From NCBI GenBank assembly GCA_016840085.1, contig JAEOTA010000086.1, positions 96,001 to 160,000 of the forward strand: a stretch of DNA of 64,000 bases, read 5' to 3'. Position numbers and translations under genes: made by a program. Shown here in pieces: positions 19,609 through 30,212 of this stretch (positions are counted from its first letter, which is position 1; every line of letters starts with the position of its first letter). This DNA is from Promethearchaeota archaeon (lineage in GTDB: Archaea; Asgardarchaeota; Lokiarchaeia; Sigyniarchaeales; SOKP01). A model generated the notes under the pieces. That model worked only from the letters and a program-made list of their open reading frames with translations, ran no database searches and was not told the DNA's origin.

Positions 19609-20865
19609 TTAATCAACCTCTAATAGACCATCCCAAAGAGTTCCATGAATTATATCTTTAGGTAACTCTCCCGTTTCATTCAATTTTATTAACAATTTTA
19701 ATTGATTCTTTTGTTGTTCAAGAGAGACTTCTCTTCCACCTAAACCATTAATGATTGGTAAGACTTTAGTTTCGACTCCTGAATCAAATAAAGCAGATTT
19801 AACTTCGCAACTTACTGGTCCTCCGGTTTGTGACCCAAATGCTGTAGCTCTATCAATAACACCAATAAGATCAACTTTTTTAGCAGCATCGATGATATCT
19901 TCAACAGGAAATGGTCGAAAATGTCTTAGTTTTAACATTCCCACTTTATATCCTTCATCTCTTACATCATCAATTGCTTGTTCCATTTGTAATGCTAAAT
20001 CCCCGTAAATAACAACTCCAACTTTTGCATCATCCAATTTGTATTCTTGAATCAATCCATTTCCGTAATTCCTCCCAAAAATTTCTTCAAATTCTTTAGC
20101 AACGCTTTTAATATTTTCTTTTGCTCTTATATGAGCATCATGAATTTTCATTCTAAATTCATAATAAAATCCCGCAGGCATAATAAGATTTCCAAACATC
20201 ATCGGCCTTTTAGGATCAATCCATATGTGTGGCCACCCATCTTCACTTGGTAGTGCAGGTAAGAATTTATCTACAAGATCTTGATCTTCAATTATTACTG
20301 GTTTAGAAGTATGGGATAAAATAAATCCGCCATAAGCAACGAATTTAGGAAGTAGAACTTCATGGTTTTCACAAACTTTATAAGACATTAAAATTTCATC
20401 ATATATTTCTTGATGCGAAGCACAAAAAGAACTCAACCATCCTGTATCACGTTGACTGAGTACATCAGTAAAATCTGCCCATATATTCCAAGGAGGTGCC
20501 GGCCCCCTTGAAGCAATCGCAACAACAATAGGAAGTCTTGCACCTGCCGCCCAATGAATCATTTCATGGGCATAAAAAATACCCTGACCTGATGTTGCAG
20601 TGAAAGTTCTTGTTCCAGCTTTACTAGCTCCGATAACTGCAGCAAAAACACTGTGTTCAGATTCAAATTTTATATATTGCGTTCCAGGCATCTCATCATT
20701 ATCTGAAAATTCAGATAATTTCTCAACAACCGTCGTTTGTGGAGTTATTGGATATGCACTAATTACTTGAACTCGTGCAGATTTCGCAGCATATGCTACT
20801 GCTACATTTCCTTTAATAATTTTTGTTTCATGTTGCTGTATAAAATCTTTTTGAGCTTCAACCAT
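19609..20865 (-). CDS. porA: Pyruvate/2-oxoacid:ferredoxin oxidoreductase alpha subunit
   Basis: AYPITPQT, ESEHS, TATSGQG, RPFP, GLGGR. Confidence 0.92.
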   Translation of the reverse strand: MVEAQKDFIQQHETKIIKGNVAVAYAAKSARVQVISAYPITPQTTVVEKLSEFSDNDEMPGTQYIKFESEHSVFAAVIGASKAGTRTFTATSGQGIFYAHEMIHWAAGARLPIVVAIASRGPAPPWNIWADFTDVLSQRDTGWLSSFCASHQEIYDEILMSYKVCENHEVLLPKFVAYGGFILSHTSKPVIIEDQDLVDKFLPALPSEDGWPHIWIDPKRPMMFGNLIMPAGFYYEFRMKIHDAHIRAKENIKSVAKEFEEIFGRNYGNGLIQEYKLDDAKVGVVIYGDLALQMEQAIDDVRDEGYKVGMLKLRHFRPFPVEDIIDAAKKVDLIGVIDRATAFGSQTGGPVSCEVKSALFDSGVETKVLPIINGLGGREVSLEQQKNQLKLLIKLNETGELPKDIIHGTLWDGLLEVD

Positions 20866-21205
20866 CTTTTACATCACTTTCTCTAATCATCTCAATATTA
20901 TTTGAGGGACATTCTTTAGCACATATCCCACAACCTTTACAATATTTTAAGTCTATTTCAAAAGAACCATCTTCCTTTCTCTTAATTACACCTTCAGGAC
21001 AATACATCCAACAGATCCCGCATTGATTACATCCTTCCTTAATAACAGGTCTAAAAGTTCTCCAATCACCCGTTGTACCAATACTTCCATCTATAGGTAA
21101 TGATATTGGAATAGGAGGTAGTTCTTTCCAGTTTTTATATTCTTGAACTTTAGGACGTTCTTTTATCGATTTATTAATTTTTTTCCATTTTTCAGATTCA
21201 GACAT
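20858..21205 (-). CDS. porD: 2-oxoacid:ferredoxin oxidoreductase delta subunit (2x[4Fe-4S])
   Basis: TGDWRTFRP, CNQCGICWMYCP, CKGCGICAKECP. Confidence 0.92.
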   Translation of the reverse strand: MSESEKWKKINKSIKERPKVQEYKNWKELPPIPISLPIDGSIGTTGDWRTFRPVIKEGCNQCGICWMYCPEGVIKRKEDGSFEIDLKYCKGCGICAKECPSNNIEMIRESDVKDG

Positions 21206-21207
21206 TG

Positions 21208-21786
21208 TTAAACCTCTTTAACAGATTCATAAGCATCTCTAGCTACACTCATGTTATTATCCAATTTGCTTTCTCCAAATTCTTTTCTTATAACATTTTC
21301 CATTATCTCAAGATCATAATAACCTGTAATTTTTCCAAATGCTCCTAGCATAGGGATATTTAAAATAGGACCGCTAGCATGCATAAAATCTCTTTTGATA
21401 CAAATCCCTGTGGCATCGACTATAAAAATCTTAATATTTTTTGGAAGATCACGAGAATCAATAGGATCTGGACTATTAACTATGAGAGTAACACCATCTT
21501 TAATGGTGGCTTTAATTCTTGGTATTTTGATTAAAGAAGTATCAAATAATAGTAAATAATCAGGATATACTACGCTATCATAGGTTTTGATTGATTTATT
21601 CTTCGAAATTTTTGTAAATGCTTGTATAGGAGCCCCTCTACGTTCGGCTCCAACGATAGGGATTGCAATAGTATCTTTAAATCCCTTTTCAAATGCCATT
21701 TCTGCTAATAATTGACTTGCTGTTATACATGTTTGACCTCCCCTACAATGCATTGAGATTTCTACAATTTTTTGTTCTTGAGACAA
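21208..21786 (-). CDS. porC: 2-oxoacid:ferredoxin oxidoreductase gamma subunit
   Basis: RGGQ, GAERRGAP, NIPMLGA; first gene of the gamma-delta-alpha-beta operon. Confidence 0.88.
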   Translation of the reverse strand: MSQEQKIVEISMHCRGGQTCITASQLLAEMAFEKGFKDTIAIPIVGAERRGAPIQAFTKISKNKSIKTYDSVVYPDYLLLFDTSLIKIPRIKATIKDGVTLIVNSPDPIDSRDLPKNIKIFIVDATGICIKRDFMHASGPILNIPMLGAFGKITGYYDLEIMENVIRKEFGESKLDNNMSVARDAYESVKEV

Positions 21787-22026
21787 CTTTTTCCAATTTT
21801 TTATTATTTAATTCTTCTATAATATATTAATAATAGTCCTTTTGATTTTTCTCATATAATTGCAATATTAAACAATAATATAGAGTTTTTAATTATAATT
21901 ATTATAACTAAAAAAAAGTTCTAATAAATAGTTTATTTTCTAAATATCATTATTTTGAATTAATTTAAAGAAAATTAAAATAGAATCAGATTAATTTTGA
22001 GCTAATTTAAATTCTATATTGTTCTT

Positions 22027-22596
22027 ATGTCTGGAGAGAAGAGAAATAGCGAAATTGTATATTCATTTAAATGCCCTTCGTGCGAGACAGGCACTATTGA
22101 TATCGTTAAAAGCATATATGATCTACCTGATGGAGATAAAATGCTTATATTAAAATTCGAATGTGGAGATTGCAATTTTCACAAAAATGATATAATTCCT
22201 TTAACAACAAATATGGATCCAGGAATTATGACCTTGAAAGTTACCAATGAAAATGATCTTAAATCAAAAATTTATCGTTCGCCACTAGGAAAATTAGAAA
22301 TTCCTGAGCTAGAATTAATCGTGGAACCGGGACCAAGAGCTGATTTTTATTATACAAATGTAGAAGGCGTATTATATAGATTTGAAAATGCTGTTTCACT
22401 ATACAGAAAAAATCTCACGGAAGGCAACCCAGAATTAGATGAAATTGAGGATATTTTAAATAATTTGAGGGAAGCACTATTAGGAAATTTTGAGTTTACC
22501 TTAAAAATAACTGATTCTGGAGGAGGAAGTTATATAATTCCAAAAGATAAATCGACATATAAATTTGAAAAGCTTGAAAGAAAGAAATCAGAATAA
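22027..22596 (+). CDS. ZPR1-type zinc finger protein
   Basis: CPSC...CGDC, IPELELIVEPGP, TNVEGVL, DSGGGSYI. Confidence 0.9.
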   Translation: MSGEKRNSEIVYSFKCPSCETGTIDIVKSIYDLPDGDKMLILKFECGDCNFHKNDIIPLTTNMDPGIMTLKVTNENDLKSKIYRSPLGKLEIPELELIVEPGPRADFYYTNVEGVLYRFENAVSLYRKNLTEGNPELDEIEDILNNLREALLGNFEFTLKITDSGGGSYIIPKDKSTYKFEKLERKKSE

Positions 22597-22667
22597 ATAT
22601 AAAATATATTTTTAACATAATTGTTTATTATTAAACTAAATTCAAATTCTAAATATTGTGATCAGAT

Positions 22668-23822
22668 ATGGGAAATCAAATTAAAAAGATTGGAATTCTT
22701 ACTGGGGGAGGAGATTGTCCGGGTCTGAATTCTGTGATCTACGGTATTATGCTTAAAGCTTATGATGCTGGGGTTGAATGTATTGGAATCCTTAAAGGTT
22801 GGAAAGGCTTTTTGGAAAATCAAACAATTCCTCTTGACATCTCTGAACATGATGACTTACATACTGTTGGGGGAACTATCCTATATACAAGTAGAACTAA
22901 TCCATTTAAAGGTGTAAGTTCAAAAGAAGAAAAAGCAAAGGAATTAGCCAAAAAATTTGAAGAATTGGGAATAGATGCTTTAATTGCTATAGGGGGAGAT
23001 GATACATTAGGAGTAGCGGATAATATGTATAAATTTGCTAATTCTAAAGTTGTAGGCTGCCCTAAAACGATAGATAACGATTTAGCAGGAACACATTATA
23101 CGTTTGGATTCTGGAGTGCCGTACAGTTAGCCTCTAACGCAATGGATAATCTTACAACTACAGCTCGTTCACATCAAAGAGTATTTGTTGTCGAAGTTAT
23201 GGGGAGAGATGCCGGTTTTTTAACAATGTATAGTGGAATTTCTGCTGGAGCTGATATAATATTAATTCCTGAGACTCCGTTTGATTTAGAAAAGGACATC
23301 ATTGATATTTTGAAAAAAAGAGTTAATGCGGGCTATAAATATCAAATAATTGCTACATCAGAAGGAGCTTACCCAAATTCAGAATCTTTAAACCGAGATT
23401 TTAAAACCATATCGAAAGAAACAATTGATAAATTACCTAAAGATACATACGGTAACCCATTACTCGTAAAATTGAAAATGTCTCAAATTATTGTGGATGA
23501 ACTAAACTTAAGGGAAGATCTAAAACAGGAATTCCAGAAAAACGGAGTAGATTTTGAATGTAGAAGTGTAGTACTTGGTCACACAATGCGTGCTGGAACA
23601 CCTAATTCATTTGATAGAATCTTAGGATTAAGATTTGGCTTAGCGGCTATGAAACTTGTTCTTGAGGGAAAATTTGGAAATATGGTATCACTCCAAGGAA
23701 ACAAAATAAAAACTGTTCCTCTTTCAGAAGGAGTTAAAAAGAAATATATCACTCCAGAAAATGATAAAATGGAATTACGAGATTTATTAGTTAAAATTAG
23801 ATATTTATCAAAACAGAAATAA
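22668..23822 (+). CDS. PfkA-family phosphofructokinase, PPi-type signature
   Basis: TGGGDCPGLN, GGDDT, PKTIDND, EVMGRDAG. Confidence 0.92.
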   Translation: MGNQIKKIGILTGGGDCPGLNSVIYGIMLKAYDAGVECIGILKGWKGFLENQTIPLDISEHDDLHTVGGTILYTSRTNPFKGVSSKEEKAKELAKKFEELGIDALIAIGGDDTLGVADNMYKFANSKVVGCPKTIDNDLAGTHYTFGFWSAVQLASNAMDNLTTTARSHQRVFVVEVMGRDAGFLTMYSGISAGADIILIPETPFDLEKDIIDILKKRVNAGYKYQIIATSEGAYPNSESLNRDFKTISKETIDKLPKDTYGNPLLVKLKMSQIIVDELNLREDLKQEFQKNGVDFECRSVVLGHTMRAGTPNSFDRILGLRFGLAAMKLVLEGKFGNMVSLQGNKIKTVPLSEGVKKKYITPENDKMELRDLLVKIRYLSKQK

Positions 23823-23967
23823 ATATTTGAGTTTTTTTTTTATATATTTTTAGTTTAAAAAAGGAATTTTTCTGCACCAATGTTTTTATATTAAGTTTCT
23901 TGATAATATAAAATCAAGTAAAATAAAAGCAGAATTTTCTTAGAAGTTAATTATTATTCTAAATTAA

Positions 23968-25509
23968 ATGAAAATTATGAAATGGAAGAAAATTTTATTA
24001 TTAGTTGCAAATTACAAGACAACTGGTTATGATTTTTATGATTCCGCCTTTCCCCCTTTAGCTTTTGAATATCTTGCAGCTTATGTAGAAGATCTGGTAG
24101 AAGTGAGAATAATAGATTCAAAAGCTGCTAAATTAAATTTATCTCAAGTTAAGAAGGAAATTGAAAATTATCAACCTGATTTAGTAGGATTAACAGTTCC
24201 CGTTACAAGTGCAATAGATACTGTTTTACAACATGCAAAAATTGCTAAATTATATGGCTCAACAACTGTTATTGGTGGATGGCATCCAACTTTAGCAGTT
24301 GAGCAAACTTTATCTTCTCCATGGATAGATATTTTGGTTAGAGGTGAGGGTGAATTTACTTTCCGTGAATTAATTGAAAAGGAGTCTCCAGTAAATATAA
24401 GTGGTCTATCATATAAAATGAATGGAAAATTAATACATAATCCAGATAGACCATTTTTAAAAAACTTGGATGAGTTAAGGCCTCCGTCTCGCCATTTGGT
24501 AGGAAAATATAAATACAAGATATTTAATATGAATTGTGACGCGATTGAGACTTCTCGTGGGTGCCCACAAGCTTGCAAGTTCTGTAGTACTAATGTGGTC
24601 TATAATCAAACATGGAGATCTAGATCAGTTGAAAATATTATAAAGGAATTAGAAATAATATCAAAAAATAAAAAAATCAATGATGTTTTTTTTGTAGATG
24701 ATAATTTTCTTGTTAATATGAAACGCATTGGAAGATTATCCTTTGAAATTATAAAAGGCAAGAGAACAGGAAGAATACGAAAAAATTTATTTTTTTTCTT
24801 TCAAGGACGCTTAGATTCAATGGCGAGATACCCTAAAGTAGTTAAGTTAATGGCTAAGGCGGGTTTTTGGCTTGTTCTTGTAGGTGTTGAAGCAACCGAT
24901 AATAAAGGACTCAAAATAGTGGCTAAGGGATGTAATATGAATCAAATTAAAAAGGGTATAAAGGTTTTACATGAAAATGAAATTACAGTAATGGGAAATG
25001 TTATTATCGGAGCTAACCTAGAAGACTCTGTGGATGATGTTTTCACAACAATTAATAAAACAAGAGAATTAAGTTTAGATTTACCAAGTTTTACATTGCT
25101 AACGCCATTCCCAGCGACTAAATTTTACAATGAAATCATAGAAAAAGATCTACTTTTAACTGAAGAATATAGTAAATTTAATTGGCTTAACCCAGTGATA
25201 AAAACCCCAAATCTTAGTCCTGAAATTCTTAAAAAATTATTATTTCTTGGATTTTATTCAATTGGTTATTATGGTGGAAACTTGAGAAATAAGTTATATT
25301 TATACAATCGAACTGTTAAATCAAGAGGAATCTTTTATGTTATCAATCCCCTAAGATTTTACCTAGGGTTAAGCTCATATTTTAAATGGAAAAAAATTGT
25401 CCTTAAAAATTTAGATGGATTAAAAAAGAAAGTTGTGAAACAAATTAGATCAGGAAATCTAAACCGCATGGAAGATCTAAGAAATGCTATAAAAAATTGG
25501 GGGCCCTAA
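23968..25509 (+). CDS. B12-binding radical SAM protein
   Basis: Cobalamin-binding domain (GGWHPT, RGEGE); SRGCPQACKFC CxxxCxxC motif. Confidence 0.92.
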   Translation: MKIMKWKKILLLVANYKTTGYDFYDSAFPPLAFEYLAAYVEDLVEVRIIDSKAAKLNLSQVKKEIENYQPDLVGLTVPVTSAIDTVLQHAKIAKLYGSTTVIGGWHPTLAVEQTLSSPWIDILVRGEGEFTFRELIEKESPVNISGLSYKMNGKLIHNPDRPFLKNLDELRPPSRHLVGKYKYKIFNMNCDAIETSRGCPQACKFCSTNVVYNQTWRSRSVENIIKELEIISKNKKINDVFFVDDNFLVNMKRIGRLSFEIIKGKRTGRIRKNLFFFFQGRLDSMARYPKVVKLMAKAGFWLVLVGVEATDNKGLKIVAKGCNMNQIKKGIKVLHENEITVMGNVIIGANLEDSVDDVFTTINKTRELSLDLPSFTLLTPFPATKFYNEIIEKDLLLTEEYSKFNWLNPVIKTPNLSPEILKKLLFLGFYSIGYYGGNLRNKLYLYNRTVKSRGIFYVINPLRFYLGLSSYFKWKKIVLKNLDGLKKKVVKQIRSGNLNRMEDLRNAIKNWGP

Positions 25510-25513
25510 AGAA

Positions 25514-26983
25514 ATGGATTATCAAATTTTAAAAAATCATGATTTTACTTGGAAAAAAGTACTATTAATTAAACCAAATTATAGAACCACTGGCTTGGAC
25601 TATTATAATATGGATTTTCCTCCAATTAATCTGACATATATAGCTAGCTATTTAAATGATTTAAATGTAAATGTAGAAATCCTTGATACAAAATTAAAAA
25701 ATCTAAAGAGTAGTCAAATAAAGAAAAAGATAAAGAAATTTAACCCAAATATTGTTGGAATTTCTGTTTTTGTATCCGCTGCATTAAAAGCTTCAATTGA
25801 CATAGCAAAAATTGTGAAAGAGGTTAAACCAAATTGTATTGTGGTCTTTGGTGGGCGACATCCTACCTTTGAACCTGATTCAACGCTTAATATAGATGAA
25901 GTTGATATTTTAGTAAGAGGAGAAGGAGAGTTAACATTTAGAGAATTAATCATTAAAGGTACTCCTGATGGTGTAAAAGGGATTTCCTATAAATCTAATG
26001 GAAAAGTAATTCATAATCCTGATAGGCCATTATTAAAAGATATTGAGAACATTAAATTCCCTTTAAGAGAACTGACAAAGAAAAATAAATATCGGATGTT
26101 TACAGTGAGATTAGAAACGGTTGAAACCTCAAGAGGTTGTCCTTACACGTGCAAATTTTGTACGACTCATATTTTCAATAATCAATTATGGAGAGCACGA
26201 CCAGTCGAAAAAATTATAATAGAATTAAAATTCATCTCTAGAAATCGAAAAATTACAGATATTTTTTTTGTTGACGATAATTTAACTGTAAATACTAATA
26301 GAATTGAAAGACTATGCGATAGAATAATAGAATGCAAACAAAACAAAGAAATTAATGACTTTAAATTTTTTGCACAGATTAGAGCCGATTCAGTCGCAAA
26401 AGCTCCTCAAATGGTAAAAAAAATGGCTGAAGCGGGGTTCTGGGCAGTTTTTATTGGGATTGAGAGTGTTAATTAAGACTCTCTTAAAGAAATCAGAAAA
26501 GGTTTCAACTTTAAGAAAGTAGTTGAAGCACTTAAAATTTTACACGATAATAACATAATTGTAATTGGGAATTTGATAATTGGGGTTGATTTAAACGAAA
26601 CAGAGGAAGAAATTATTAAAGAAATCGAATTTATGAAAACTGTGGATGTTGATATAGTGAGCTTTGTGTTATTAACTCCATTTCCCGGAAGCGATACAAT
26701 GAAAGAATTAGAAGCACAGAATTTAGTTATTTCTAAGGATTGGGCTAAATACACAGTTTTTTATCCTGTTATCAAAACACACAAATTAAGCCCAACACAA
26801 TTATATAATCTATTATATTTTTCTTTTAGAGAACTTAAATATGTAAATAATTTGAAAGGGATAGGTTATCATGTACTAAAATCTCGAGGGTTACTATTTC
26901 TTTTAAATCCTATACGATTTTTATCCTTTATCAATTCTTTCCTAAAAGTAAGATGTTTATTCAAAGAATTCCAGAAAAGCTGA
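25514..26983 (+). pseudogene. Second B12-binding radical SAM paralog interrupted by an in-frame TAA (26474-26476)
   Basis: GGRHPT, SRGCPYTCKFC. The frame continues past TAA (GIESVN*DSLKEIRKG...GNLIIG...LTPFPG), collinear with the upstream paralog. Confidence 0.85.
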
Positions 26984-27067
26984 AATCTCTTTTGGTATTC
27001 GCTTATAGCATTGCTAACTTTTTTTACTAAACTTTTAATAATAAAATATAATTGAATTATTTAAACC

Positions 27068-27328
27068 ATGAATGAAATTAGAGGCACTCTTTTTGCTATT
27101 ATAAAGGGAAAGGGAACAAAATCGGAAGGACCTGAATATTTCATTAAACCATTGGATGATTACAAAGACAGATGGTCAGAAATACTCGTTAGGAAAAAAA
27201 CTCACATGTGGGAAAAAGATCCTGAATTGCATAAATTTTTAAATAAAAAAGTGTTGATAATCGGAGAGATAATCGAGACAAAGAGTATAATTACTGTTGA
27301 CTATTCAAAAGTAAAGCAGATAGAATGA
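27068..27328 (+). CDS. Small hypothetical protein (possibly OB-fold-like)
   Basis: 86 aa, GxGxKSE and DPEL...KKVLIIG pattern; own AT-rich upstream region. Confidence 0.6.
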   Translation: MNEIRGTLFAIIKGKGTKSEGPEYFIKPLDDYKDRWSEILVRKKTHMWEKDPELHKFLNKKVLIIGEIIETKSIITVDYSKVKQIE

Positions 27329-27352
27329 GGTATTGTTTAAATACTGTCCATC

Positions 27353-28597
27353 TTATCCATAGTGCTTTTCCTCCTCTTGGTCTGCATCGATTGCATCCAA
27401 TTCAATATCTCGACCAAGCCATTTTTCACTTAACATTTCCTTATAATATTCATGTTGGATTATTAGATTCATAATTTCTGTTGTTCCCGTCCAAATTTCA
27501 CCTATTCTGGCGTCTCGTAGTAATCTTTCAATTGGATAAACCGTTGTATAACCAATTCCCCCCATAATTTGCATGGAATTATTAATTACTTTCCAACATG
27601 ATTTAGTTGAAAATTTCTTCGATTCAGAAACTAATCTTCTCTGAAGGGCAGGTGGAGCTCCAGCATCAATACTTTTAGCAGTGTTATAAACAATAGATCG
27701 TGTTGCATCTAATAAAGTGATGCTATCTGCTATCAGAAAACTCACTCCCTGAAAATTTCTTATAGCTTGCCCGAAAGCTTTTCTTTTAGTGCTGTATTTT
27801 GTGGCAATTCGTAAACAAGCCCTTGCTAACCCAATAAATCCCGATGCTGTGGTTAAACGTTCAGGAACCATCATTTGATAGAATATTTTTCCACCAGCAC
27901 CCTCCTCAAGAATGATATTTTCTTCGGGAACTTTAACATTATTAAATTTTATTCTACCAGCACCACCACCTCTGGTCCCTAGTATACCATAAATATATTC
28001 AACAGCAACATCTTCAGTTCTATCTACTATGAATAAACTTAATTTTTTATGAGGATCTGCTTTTGGATCTAAATTGGTTTTCGCATACACTAAAAAGAAA
28101 TCTGCTCCCTCTGCCCCTACTACAAAACGTTTTTCCCCATTCAAGATATAATAATCACCTTCCTTCACCGCAGTAGATGTAGCTCCAAAGAAATCGGAAC
28201 CCCCTCTTGGTTCAGTTAAGGCTTCAGCAGTAAATTTTTTTCCTTCACACATAGGTTTAAGATATTTAAGTTTTTGCTCTTCTGTCCCAAAAATATTTAG
28301 AGCTTCCCCACAAATACTCGGTAAAGAAAATAAACATGCAAGTGAACTCCCCAACATACCTATTTCTTCTTGAGCAATAATTTCACTTTCCCAATTTAAC
28401 CCTCTTCCACAATATTCCTTAGGAAATCGTATTCCTATGAGATTTTGTTTTGCTAATGCATGTAACCATTCGCTTGGATATTGAACTTCATTGTTATCCA
28501 TTTTTCTTAATAATGAGGGAGAAACAGCTTCTTTAACGAATTGCTGCACTTCTTCTCTAAACTTTTTGTTTTCTTCACTTAGTAAATAATCATACAT
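27353..28597 (-). CDS. Acyl-CoA dehydrogenase
   Basis: [40 protein letters not shown]. Confidence 0.93.
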   Translation of the reverse strand: MYDYLLSEENKKFREEVQQFVKEAVSPSLLRKMDNNEVQYPSEWLHALAKQNLIGIRFPKEYCGRGLNWESEIIAQEEIGMLGSSLACLFSLPSICGEALNIFGTEEQKLKYLKPMCEGKKFTAEALTEPRGGSDFFGATSTAVKEGDYYILNGEKRFVVGAEGADFFLVYAKTNLDPKADPHKKLSLFIVDRTEDVAVEYIYGILGTRGGGAGRIKFNNVKVPEENIILEEGAGGKIFYQMMVPERLTTASGFIGLARACLRIATKYSTKRKAFGQAIRNFQGVSFLIADSITLLDATRSIVYNTAKSIDAGAPPALQRRLVSESKKFSTKSCWKVINNSMQIMGGIGYTTVYPIERLLRDARIGEIWTGTTEIMNLIIQHEYYKEMLSEKWLGRDIELDAIDADQEEEKHYG

Positions 28598-28819
28598 TTT
28601 TTCTTATCCCTAAATCATTTATATTGCAATTAAGTAATGATGAGTTTAATAAAAATAATGATTAGATCTAATTTTATTAGTTTACAATGATTTCTCAAAT
28701 TCATACTTCAATTATAGTTCAACAGTTTAAACTATAAATATCATTAACATTTTACACACATTAAAGCAACTTAATAGTTAAACTTTATACTATCAAACTC
28801 TAAAATAGGGGATTTACTT

Positions 28820-30088
28820 ATGTTCACAAAAATTAAACGTATATATAACGAATACCCCAAAGCGTTTAAAGTGCTGACTCTCGCCACTTTCATTGACATG
28901 CTAGGATCATTTTTATTGTATCCTTTTTACGCACTGTATATAACCGAGCATTTTGGGGTAGGGATGATTCAAGTAGGATTCCTATTTTCGATCTTTTCGG
29001 CAGGAAATATATTTGGTAGTATAATCGGAGGAGCTTTAGCCGATAAATATGGTCGTCGTGCGATGGTCATAATTGGGTTGGTTGCAAGTGGGATAGGAAG
29101 CATCCTAATGGGAATAGTCAATAATCTGAATATTTTTTACATAATCGCTGGACTTTTAGGTTTAGTAGGCAATTTTGGAGGTCCAGCACGACAAGCAATG
29201 GTAGCCGATTTACTTCCAAAGGAAAAACAAGCAGAAGGATTTGGAATTCTACGCGTGGCATTTAATCTTTCAGCAGTGATTGGTCCTCTTCTTGGTGGAT
29301 TTATAGTAACCCAATCCTATATGTTATTATTTATTGCGGATGCTGTGAGTAGCATAATTACTGCTGTTATTGTGTATGTTGTTATTCCAGAGACGAAACC
29401 TCAAATACAGGATGATCACTCAGAAGAAACAGTAATGAAAACTATTATTGGATACAAAGATGTGGTAAAGGATTGGAAATTTATGTTATTTCTATCTGTG
29501 TCCGCTATAACGGTTTTAGTATATATGCAAATGAATAGTACACTATCAGTATTCTTACGGGATGTTCATGGGTTCCCCGTGCAAGGCTTTGCTTTGTTGT
29601 TAAGTATGAATGCACTGATGGTAGTATTATTTCAATTCTGGATAACTAGGAAGATTTCAAAGTATGCTCCCATGAAGATGATGGCCTTTGGAGCTATGTT
29701 TCTTATGATTGGTTTTGGTATGTATGGTTTTATTTCTGAGCCATACCTGTTTTTCATCGCTATGGTTATTATTACAGTGGGGGAAATGATTGTATTCCCT
29801 ATTGGACAAGTTGCAGCTGCATCTTTTGCTCCTGAAGATAAACGAGGACGGTATATGGCAGTGTTTGCTTTTCAATGGGCGATCCCGAACCTGTTTGGAG
29901 TTTTAGCCGCTGGATTAATTATGGAGTATATTGGACCAAATTGGGTATGGTATTTAGCTGGTTTTCTATCTCTGATTTCAATAATAGGGTTTTGGCTGCT
30001 TCATGGGATCTCTAAGGAACGTTTTTCAAAAGAAAAAAAATCCATGAAAGAAGAATTTCTTGAATGTACCGTTCCTTCAATCGAATGA
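28820..30088 (+). CDS. MFS transporter
   Basis: Motif A GALADKYGRR; about 12 hydrophobic segments. Confidence 0.93.
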   Translation: MFTKIKRIYNEYPKAFKVLTLATFIDMLGSFLLYPFYALYITEHFGVGMIQVGFLFSIFSAGNIFGSIIGGALADKYGRRAMVIIGLVASGIGSILMGIVNNLNIFYIIAGLLGLVGNFGGPARQAMVADLLPKEKQAEGFGILRVAFNLSAVIGPLLGGFIVTQSYMLLFIADAVSSIITAVIVYVVIPETKPQIQDDHSEETVMKTIIGYKDVVKDWKFMLFLSVSAITVLVYMQMNSTLSVFLRDVHGFPVQGFALLLSMNALMVVLFQFWITRKISKYAPMKMMAFGAMFLMIGFGMYGFISEPYLFFIAMVIITVGEMIVFPIGQVAAASFAPEDKRGRYMAVFAFQWAIPNLFGVLAAGLIMEYIGPNWVWYLAGFLSLISIIGFWLLHGISKERFSKEKKSMKEEFLECTVPSIE

Positions 30089-30166
30089 GAGATTTTATAT
30101 TTTTTTTCTTATTAATAATTATGCATTTAATAACGAGTTAAGAGTTAAAATTTAATATTAATGATC

Positions 30167-30187
30167 GTGAAACGCATAATTTCACGA
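30167..30187. terminator. Inverted repeat between convergent genes (possible terminator)
   Basis: CGTGAAA-N7-TTTCACG between the MFS gene and 30213..31364. Confidence 0.3.
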
Positions 30188-30212
30188 AGATTTATATTAA
30201 AAAATTTATTCT

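Noticed and set aside
26474-26476. Stop-codon recoding (Sec/Pyl) in the radical SAM gene
   Set aside because: The codon is TAA, which ends many genes in this window, and it is not at a Cys or catalytic position.
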